A DNA stretch of 64,000 bases, taken from Thalia democratica (lineage: Eukaryota). The translations under genes were made by a program, and so were the position numbers. Below the pieces are notes generated by a model. That model ran no database searches. It was not told the DNA's origin and worked only from the letters and a program-made list of their open reading frames with translations. The stretch is from positions 15,314,001 through 15,378,000 of the forward strand of contig OZ241827.1 in assembly GCA_965202585.1 (NCBI GenBank), written 5' to 3'. This document shows, piece after piece, positions 47,011 through 57,700 of this stretch; the stretch's first letter is position 1, and the number at the start of each line of letters is the position of its first letter.

Positions 47011-49775
47011 TCACTTTCCAAGCGGAACTCCGGCACCAATGTTGACCATCACCACGTACCTGATCTTGATCTTGCCCACATCGTAGATGGCGTACTCGTC
47101 GAAGTTTACCAGGTACTTGGCAACTTTGTTCATGTCCTTCATGGGACCGACTTCCATGTCTATGCCGTCCAATTTGACGCACCTACCCAAGTTTTGGTAC
47201 CTGACAAATGTGTGAATGTCATTTAGTATTTTTATTTAATTAATTTAAGTTTACCTATAAAAACTCTGGGTTTTACTTAAAAAATAAAGACTAAATGTGC
47301 TAAAAATTAACAGTTATTAATTAAAAGTTTATGATATTATGCTACAAACTAGAGTTTTGTTACCTCTCACTGTTATTATGGATGTAATCATAACTTTAAA
47401 GTTCCTTACATTATTTAGTCTTACAATTTGTAGACTTAAATGACTTTAAAACGTAAAACAATGTTTCTCTTAAATATTGAAGTAAAATTTTTTGCACCTG
47501 CCAACAGTGTGAACGATTTTACTTTGGGGGGTTTTTCTCTCCGGCCAATACCATCTTTCCTGGACCATCTTGACATCAGTGTTACTTACATCAACTTCGC
47601 ACAAGAGCAGGATACCCGGCCACATCTATCATAAATAACTAAAGAGTTATACTCGGCTCAAATAAATTTCAAAGGCTATATACTAAAAATAAACTCACAA
47701 ATTCTATGTTGTTTAAGCTTTTCGTACCAATGATATACAACAAAAAGAACACAGGAGCAAATTACCTTTTTTTTATACAGAGCTAAAATTATTTAAATGA
47801 TTTCGTTAGTAATGACACTTTAATGATTTTTTAATTGGCATACAATATCTTAGCAATGCAAGTAAATTAAGTAGATGAGCTAATTAGATTTCAAGATTAA
47901 ATAAAACCACCTTTTCTATGGCACTACCTAGTGCCGCGTTGCAGTACTTGGACGCCTTCGAAGCGCAAGGTGTGAAGTAGACCGCTGGTCCGTGAAGCTG
48001 CCCCTAGTAGTCGGAATACTGAACCCTCTGCGGAGTATGCCCGGCACGCAAGTCGAGTTGGTACCGTGCCAAAGAAGAAGAGGTTTCGGGTCTGGTGCTA
48101 ATTTCAGGTTTGGAACAACATTCTTATCATGAAAAGAAAGTTTTTGATCAAAATTTTTGGATAAATTACGATCTTCAAGCAGAGATTTTGAAGCTATATC
48201 CTGATGTGCAGCTGAATCTGATTTCCATGCGGAGGCTGGTTTCTGATCAGCGGATTTTTCAGTTGCAGTGCCAGTTTCTCAACTGAAGCTGGCTTAAGAC
48301 TTACAGCAGGGTTTCGAGCTGGATCTGGTTTCTGATCTTGAGCTAGATCCTGATCATCAAAAGAGAAAACCTTGTCCACATTCAACTCAAACTTATGCTT
48401 TGATGCGTGTGTAGTCCTCACTGCAGTTTCGATCATCTTGAACACTTCAGTTCCCTCTTCAATATAACGCAAGCGTTTTGGAAATCGTTGTTGACACCTT
48501 CTATAAAGTCCAGACGGTTCAACTCGCCACCGAGCTTTGTGTAGTTGTTTATGGGAATGGTGTATTTGTTGAACGTCCAGCAGGGTATTAGAATGTAAAA
48601 TGCGGAACTCAAGCGTGGTAACTTGCTTTTTCGGATATCCCTCAAACACTTCATTACGTCAAAAAGAGTTTTTCTGGCCTCGTTAACCTGCTCGATAGGC
48701 ATTCCAGACCACAAACGCCTGAACTCCGCGGGCGCTGATTCAAATTTGCTTGGTGGGTTTCCATTGCACAATTGTAACAGCTCTTTGACTTGGGAACTCG
48801 CCGAGTCGAAGTCAAAGTTTTTTGAATAGCGAGCATTGAATGTCAACGAGTGGTTGTAAAAGTGATTTACGCCACTCGTAAATCTCTGCCAACCGTGTTT
48901 TAGTCCCTCCTTTTGCCAGTTTACATTCACAGCCTGCTTAAACTTTTTCTCGAAATGCTCTATGGCAGCATTGATGGTGCTGTACTTACACACGGTGGCT
49001 TCTGTGGTCGTGTGCTGGCTTCTGTGGTAGACAAAGAAACTACACGTTTTACAAGGTTGGTGGTACAGGTGACCTAGCAAACAATTCTTCTTGACAAGCA
49101 GCTGCAAAACGGTCATTTGATTCTCTACAAGAAAACCTGCTAAGGAAAATGTCGTCTTGGTCAGACAGACGCTCATACTGACACCATCTACACTCAATAC
49201 AACCATATCTTTGTTTGAATTCCAAACCTTGTCGTTGCTTAAACTTAATATCCTATTTTGATTGGCCTGATTTAGTTTTGGAGAGGTTTGATTTAAAGTT
49301 CTGTTTTGATTATTTTGACTCTTATTTCTCCATGAGTTAGATTGTGATTTGTTTCTCCATAAATCGGTTTCTCTCACACTTTTTGAGTTGTAATGAATCC
49401 CTCTCCTCCATAAATCGGTTTTTGAGTTGTATCGACTCCCTCTTTTCCATGGATCGGTTTCACTCTTTTTTTTGAGTTGTATTGATTTCCTCTTCTCAGT
49501 GAATAAGTTTGACTCTGATTACTGTTTGACTTTTTCTTATTGAAGCTCCTCCAGACACTGGTCTGATTTCCACTTCTATTTCGGATTGTTTGACCCCAAC
49601 TTCTAAGTTGACTAGGAGAATCAGCTTCTTTCAATCCTTGGGTGTGTTGAGTTGAACTTCTGCAAGGACTACTTTGATTTCCACTTCTAATTGGGCTGTG
49701 AGATTTAGATTCCATTAAACCTGAATTTGTTTTAGTCTGATTTTCTAACCACTCATCAATGCTTTTACTATTCAT
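47011..49775 (-). pseudogene. PARP2/3-like gene, copy C (exons 49775-47911, 47625-47498, 47200-47011); four 1-bp deletions
   Basis: Deletions in homopolymer runs at ~49466-49473, ~48480, ~48257 and 48001-48004 (the last is shared with B). No nonsense substitutions noticed. Exon 3 is intact with FDEYAIY. Confidence 0.85.
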
Positions 49776-52700
49776 GACTGACACTTGCAGTTGAAAACGT
49801 TTTTGAATTTTTTTTTTTAATCGAGCTTCATAAAAAAACTTTTTAAATTATTAAATTATTATACTAGCGTTTGTGTACACTAAAACGAGTTAAAACATTG
49901 TTTTATAATATAATATATAATAAGTTAAAATTTGTTTTACAAAGTCCCTACCAGGGTTGCTAGTCTTTGAATCAAAATCAATAAAAAAACTGGCTGGAAT
50001 TTTTAGAAACCCTTTTAAAACCTATTTAGCTATTTCTTAATAAGACATGGAAGCAATAATTGATGGAAGTAGTTTTTAAACTAAATTCTACTCAAAATTT
50101 TATGTAAAATATAGTTTTTTATAGATTAATCATAGCTAAGGCATTTTACTTCAGAAACTACATAGCTTTCACAAAAAAACTCTATTGAATTCAAACGTAG
50201 ATGAAACAACATTGTGATTAAAGGTAAAGGATTAGGTAGAATATAGTATGTTTATTACATTAAAATAAATTAGACTATTAATAAATTCATATGTGTGACC
50301 TAATAATGTAGGGCAAAACTTCCACCGTTTTTGAATATGTAAGTTATTTACTTGTGGCCACTAGCTTGTTAAAGTCTGGTTACTACTGGGTTACTGTTAG
50401 GGTCCTAATGAGAGCATTTAAACCTCTCTGAGTTGAACATCGCAATATTGAAAACCTTTAGTCATTACATATACAAGAATAGGTCTCAAAACTTTTGTAA
50501 AAATAAGACTTCCTATGAAAATCAAGACTTTAAGTTTAACAATGTTCTTAATGATTTTACAAAAGCAAACACTATGACCATAAAAATATCAATTATTATA
50601 ATAATTCAGGTCATAAGTATAAATCTTAAAAACATTTTATATATATTACTTCGAATCATACAGAGTTAGGTTCAATAAAAAAATAATTAAGAAAAGGGCT
50701 TTAATGTGTATGATATTCTTTAAATTATAAAACTTAAAGTTATGTTATTTTAAAATCAATAAAATTTTTAAGACTTCTGATAGAATTAATATTTAATTAA
50801 GTACTTATAACTAGCACCATTAAATTGAATAGCTTTAAATATTTCTATTTACACAAATACAATTTTTTGATTACACATAAAAAGCATGTGAGCATTGAAC
50901 ACGTTATTTCATTTTTATATTCTTTTTCATATTTATCTCCAATTTTATTTTCAAACTCGTATAATACCAGGGATTAAAAGTGTATTTTTGTAACTAACAA
51001 CATTTAAAGTTTCAAAGATGTTAATTTAACTTATGTTACTTAATTCATGTTAATTAAAAATGTATTTCCTATAAATATCTTCTTGAAGCAATGTTTAATA
51101 CATACAACGGTGCCTTTATTTCTATTTACTGTACGTTAAGATCACAGTTACCAGAATTTATGAAATTAAAAACTCTGAAAACTGAATAAACTGAGTAGTA
51201 TGTTTTAACTTAAAGTATGTTGATCTAGTAAATGTGTGGCGACTTTTTCATAAAACCTTTTATAAAGTTTTCAGTGGAAAGCAGGGCTACCATTATTAGA
51301 GTTTTTGTAAATCTTGCAGTTTTAAACAATTTGATTATTTACATTTATTTTTAATGTTGTGAATTTTTTCTTAACATATTAAGTGTAAATAATAAAAGTC
51401 GCTCTAATTTCATCTCTACTGCCGACCCCAAACCAAATTAATTAAGTTAAATTTAAAAAAATATTGCCAATAAAACCGTTTCACAGCTCCAAAAGGTGCT
51501 TAAAAATTTAAAGTATAAAGAAGTACTTATACTGATCGCTTGATACTTTGATACTATTTTAGGTAACTAAAGTGTGAAGTTTTTTAGATTTTTGTTTTTC
51601 ATAATAAAAAAACAAATTTATAAAAGCAAAATTAAAAAAATTTTTTAGTCGTTTATTGATATTGAAAAACTTAGCTTGTTCTAATATATAAATTATTTAA
51701 ATATAGTTACAAATTAGATTAATGAATTTTAAACATTTTATTTGTCTATTAGTCATTTGTTTATAGTTTTGATAAGAGACAAATTGTTTTAAAATATGAT
51801 TTTGAAATTGCTAATTAACTTGCGTTTAATACAAAAACTTTTATTTGTTTTGTATCAATTTGTGTTAAAAAAAAGACATCTAAACATATTTATAATATTT
51901 ATGGAACTCATCAACTTGATATTTAAGTTCAAAGTTTTGAAACAACTAAAGAAGATAAACTTGCTATAAACTTCTTAAAACAATTTTGTTTTTTTTAATT
52001 CAAGCATGGTTTTATTCAAATTTATCTATTGCGGGACAGATTTGCACGTTTGCATTTCACCAATTGCGGGCTACACTTTATGCAGAATAAAAACGATCCT
52101 TGTCTAGCATGAACATTTGAATGCGGATATATATGTGTTGTAAATTATTCTAAATTAAAAAAAAATTAAAAAGCTTTGGATAAAATTAAAACAAGTTGGT
52201 GTCTTAATAACAGCTATGGCCTACTAAATAAATCAGTTATTAAAGTTTCCTAACTTTTACAAATTTACACTAGAAAATATTATAAACAGCACAAACTCGC
52301 TTCTCAGCAAAATTTTAATACTAGATAGAAATATTTTTTCTTTATAATTTTTTCATTTTTATTTTTAATTTAGCTTTACTTTTTACTAAAATCAGTACGC
52401 TATAAACAATAAGATTTTAAACAATAACAACCAATTTTAAAATTATTGAAACAAAAGTTCTTATTTTAGTTTAAATCAAATATACTTACTTTCCTTATTG
52501 AAATAGAAGATTAACAAGTTGTGAACTTGTTCACTTCCTTTACTTTAATAACTCTTTGTAGTGGTGTTTATGGTTTTTTACAATTTAAAAATCGACCATA
52601 TTTTCCTAACAAACAGCATCAAGTAGATGACTAAATGTAGAAGAAATGTGATTTCTATTATTTTATTATAATTTATGAAAAATATTAATGAAACAATTAA

Positions 52701-54360
52701 AATTGTTCATGACATAATTCCTTTATACTGATGAACTACTTTTGTGCAACTTAGAATTTTATAAAAGGTGTCAGTGTAGATATTTTTATTCTATAACATT
52801 TTTGTTTTATTCGAAAATAATGGGTTTATTTTGAAATAGTCATTGTTTTACTCTTTAATATATTTGATATTTGATTGAGATTAAATTTAATATAATTAAT
52901 ATTACTAATAACTGTTATTTGAAAGTAAAACTACAGTGGTAATTAGTGTGGTTTGATGGTAGCCTTCAAAAAATTAGATGAATGTTGCAAGATAGAGACC
53001 CAGTGGTCCACACAAATACAAAAAATTATATATACTAACTTTAAGACTGTTCTAAATTTACTGCATTGAATTTTCATTTTAATGTTTGCCAAAATTTGTT
53101 AACATAAAAAACAGAAACTTACAAAATGGAATAAAAGTTTACAAAGTATTGATATATTGAAAAGAGCTATTGTTTTTTAATTTTTATCTATAGAGATAAA
53201 TTTTGAGCTGTATGGCTTGCCTAGTTATATAATATTCAAACTGTTTTTTTTTTATATTAAAATGCCAGAAAAAACACTAGTGCTATAAAATTATTGAAAT
53301 TCAATGTTGGTTATATATTTTTTGTAAATTTCACCACCTTAATTTTTAGTGCAATATGATAAGAGCAAAACTATTATCTGACATAGTTATTTAAATAAAT
53401 ATTTAACTTTTGAGAATTTTTAAAATCGATTTTTTTATTAATGAAGAAAGTTTTCAAACTACTGTAAACATTTTATTGACTGTTGTTGTATTCTTAAATG
53501 TGGTATAATATAATTAAATATATTAGTTTCTTTCCTTTTCTTGGTGGTAATTGAATGTTTTTTAATTTTTTTTTTGGGTCTTTAGAGAGGGACTGTAAAC
53601 TGAAAGGTTACAGAATTAAAATTATGTTGCAAATTAAGTATTTTTTTTATTGTCAATAAATATAATTTCAAAAAGTACTTAATATCGATTTTTTTGAGAA
53701 TATAAGTGTCAATTTGTTTATGAGAATTACATTTTTAAAATGAATCAAAATACTGAGCTCAAAGTGTTGTCAAAAACTTTAAAAATTGAATTTAAATTTT
53801 CAGTTATATAAGGGTAAAAAGATTAAGTTGTACTAATCAGTCCATTTTACATACTTGTAAAAGATTTTATAAACAACTTTTTATGAACTATAACCATTTT
53901 TTGTTGGAAACTGGCAAAGTAAAAGTAAACAATACTAAATAAAATTTGAAATTGTATATATTGTTATCCACCACTTTTTTGTGCAAAGCATATTTTCATC
54001 TAATAGTGCCTTCTTTTACAGCTACTTTTAAGTTTCCGTTGAAAAGTATTTAATGTTTTGAATATATTAGTTAAAAACACCCATGGCAAAATTTAAGATG
54101 TTTTGAAAAACTTTCACCTTGGCTTTCCTAAAAATCACCCTAATGCAAAATGTATGAGGTCCAAAAAATAAATCCTAAAAATTTCACTTTTTTCACAATT
54201 CGATCTTGTTTTATATATTTTATACTAAGCTAAAGATGCTTTTTACTGATTTAAAAAATTAAAAATAGTTTTAAAGATATAGCTGATCACAGTTTGATAC
54301 AAAAATAGGTTCCTTATGGGAGGCACACACTAAAACATGCAAAAATAGACTATGTCATCT

Positions 54361-54632
54361 ATATTCTTCTACGTTTTTTAAGATAAATACCTCAAACTTT
54401 TAGGAAATGCTCCTTGCAATATTTAGAAAATTCTGTTGGAAATAGTTTTAAAAAAATTTAGAAATTAAATTTTTTTATAAAAAAAAACAAAATAAAACAG
54501 TTTTGTTTTGTTTTTTGTTGTAGTTTTTTTACTTTTTTTCTAATTTTTTTTCTAACTGAATTTTCTAAGTATTGCTAGAAACATTTTCTAAAAGTTTGAG
54601 GTTGATAGCTTAAAAAACCTAGGAGGAGATAT
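54361..54632. repeat. ~270-bp imperfect palindrome (MITE-like hairpin) upstream of Max
   Basis: 54361-54433 is the approximate reverse complement of 54558-54632. An outer IR pair lies at 54186-54201 / 54677-54692. Related fragments near 1246 and 5925. Confidence 0.65.
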
Positions 54633-54789
54633 ATTTTTAGTGAGTTCTAGATATTTGCTGTTTTAGTTTAGACTAAATTGTGAAAAAGGTGATTACCTAT
54701 GCCCTTGAAAATCAAAGTAAACAGACCCTTGCCTTATATTTTTGCTTTGAAATTATATAAATGTATTTTTAGAAATAAAGTAAATAAAA

Positions 54790-57700
54790 ATGAGTGAAGA
54801 CTACAACATGGACGTACAAGAAGACAGTGATGTAAGAATTGTTTTTGTTTTTTAAGAAAACTAGATTTTAAAGTTGGCTGAAGTGGTGTGAGAAAATTTT
54901 ATCATTATATTATACCAAATGGTTATAAATTAAGATGGAAAAATTGTTAAGTTTTAAATATACAATTAACTATTTTATTGAGATTTTTAGTAACAGTTGT
55001 TGCAGATGTTTTATGTGTTTAAATAGTTCTTCAAATTAAATTACATTGGTTTTAGTACTAGTTTATAATTCATAACTTTTTAGTTTAAGTCATTAAATAT
55101 AGACTTTATAATAATAATTGGTTCTATAAGCCTTATAATGTATTTTGTTTAGTTTGGTATAATGCATGTGAAGTGTGTTTTTAAATATAATATTTTTGAT
55201 AAATTATTAGTATTTCATGCTATAAAATTTAATTTGAACCAAAATAACATGATCAAATCTATTTGAGTTCCACTACAAAAATACTTTCAGCTTTAATTCA
55301 CTGTTAAGTATCTATTATAACAAACATTTTTTAAAAATAGTAGAGTGTTTAGCTTTATTATCCTCACCAAGTTTTCAACATATTTTTGTTGTAGTAGTTG
55401 TTCAAGACCCTTAGTTTTTTAAATCTTATTAAAAGTAGACTATCTTTAAAACTCCACTACTAAATATATAAAAACAACTATAATAAAATGTTGTTTTAAA
55501 ATTCTTAATTTCAAATAATACTTTATTATATAAAACTAACATTTTTTTTGTTTAACCTTTATTTATGATCAAGTTGTTAAAATATTTTTGTTTTAAACTT
55601 TTAAAGCTTATATTATTAGTGTTCATATTTAGTTTTTGACATGATCAAATAATATACGTATTTTTGTTGTACATTTTAAAAGAACATATTGTTAGTATAT
55701 ATATTTGAATTTGGCTTGTTATGATCAAATAATAAACATATTTTTGTTGTAAACTTTTAAAGCTCATATTATTAGTATTCATATTTAGTTTTCGACATGA
55801 TCAAATAATAAACATATTTTTGTTATAAATTAAAAAAAAAAGTTATTAGTATAAATGTTTAGTTTTTCACTTGTTATGATCAAATAATTAACATCTTTTG
55901 TTGTACAATTTGTCAGGAGCGTGAAATCAGAAGGCAAGAGGAAGAAATGGTGAATTTTTTATTTGTCTTGAAATTAATTAAGAGATGAAAAAATAACAAA
56001 CATACATATTTAAATAGTGTTCTGTTGTGGTAACCATTTTTTTTTATATAAAAATTATAGTTTAAAATAAGTTGTTTAGTTGAAATTAGATATGATTGAC
56101 TTGCTTTTATTTGTTATTTTAAATGCACATAAATCTTTTCTAATATCTAAAATTAGTTTATTGTAACAAAAAAATCTACAAATGGCAATATTTTTACATA
56201 TCAAATATTTTCAATTTTATTTTTTGTACCTTCTGTATAGGATGCTGAGAAAACAAGAAAACTTATAGAAGAAGAATTGATTAGAGTAAATTTATACTGA
56301 ATATTTTTCCCTTTTGAGCTAAGTTGCTATGCTTACAGAACAAAAATCTTATATATGTATGTATATCACAAATATACATCTGAAGTTTATTTAATTAGTT
56401 AATAAAAAAAATACATTGTTACTTTTTTATATTGTTGTAACCACAATACTTCCAAGTATTTACGTAACTTGACAAAACAATCACATCATTGTGTATAGTT
56501 CACAACTTCATAAATTTTTAGATTTTAGTTGGAATAAATATTTTTACAAACTATCAAACTTTATTTAATAAAGCTATGCTATGTTATGCACTGAACAAAA
56601 AGTCACTTTGCCCTTGTAGATTATGTAAAGTTTGATTCTTTATACATGTAATTTATGTATACATTATGTACTTAAACCAATCTAAAACAATATAAAATGA
56701 TTATCCATCTGAAGTTTTTACATGTTCAAAAAAGTCATAAAACTCCAAAAAAATTGTTGAGTTAATTAATAACCTAATTTTTTTATAAGTTAGTAATTAG
56801 TTTAAAATATTGTTTAATGTAACGTTTAAAATAAGTAACATGCCACAAATTTGTGATAAACTTTTTGTATTCAAAATATTTAACTTTATTATTTTCTACA
56901 TAATATTTGATAATACAATGAGAACCTTGTTTTTATTCGAAAAAAAAATGCATTTACTAGTCTGAACAAATGAGTATAAAATAAAAGATAGTAAGTGACT
57001 AATATGTTATACTTTTCCTAAGTTTAATACAGTTACGTAAAGGCTAAAAATAATCATAAAATTTGCAAAACCATTTTAATTTTTATTATTTATTGTTAAG
57101 ATAAGAAATTCTCATTTACAGTTTATTAATTACACAACTTGACATTGTGTCCAAGTCTTATGGAAAATTTATAAACTTATGAAAACAAAACATAAAATTC
57201 TGTTATAAATGCCTGAATTTAAAATAAAATTATTCTCACTAAATGTTTGCAGTCAACTAAGAGATCGCACCACAATGCATTGGAGCAAAGGAGGATAGAA
57301 AATATCAAATAAAAAAATTATAACTGTACTCGTTATTATAACTATATTAACGAAACGTTTGATATAATTAAACAATTACATTATTTATACAGTCCACTAA
57401 GAGATCGCACCACAATGCATTGGAGCGTAGGAGGAGAGACCACATCAAGGATTCCTTCAACAGCTTGAGAGATTCAGTGCCCACTTTGAATGGGGAGAAG
57501 GTAAGTTATTTATTGTTTTTAGTGACAGTTAAGACTTAAAAACTAACATCAACTTCAAAAAAAGTTTTTTTTTTCAACTATTATTAATACACTGAAAACT
57601 TGACTTGACATTAAAAATTGAAAACATAAGATGTATAATATTGTATAACAACTACCAAAGTTCAAAAAAACTTACGTTATATAAACAATGATTTTTTTTT

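Larger units (their letters stand above)
26250..51020 (-). repeat. Triple tandem segmental duplication, ~7.7-8.6-kb units (A ~26250-33895, B ~33896-42530, C ~42530-51020)
   Basis: The same genes and intergenic DNA recur at offsets of 7786/8634 (small ORF) and 7921/8587 (PARP ATG). About 700 bp is missing at the A/B junction relative to B/C. Confidence 0.95.

Noticed and set aside
30483-47634. Plus-strand 74-aa (MKHSLS) and 64-aa (MTLKRK) ORFs in each unit
   Set aside because: They are antisense to PARP exons 3 and 2.
51020-54050. Possible genes or elements between the array and Max
   Set aside because: Only short GC-richer patches, with no interpretable ORF, splice chain or terminal repeats.
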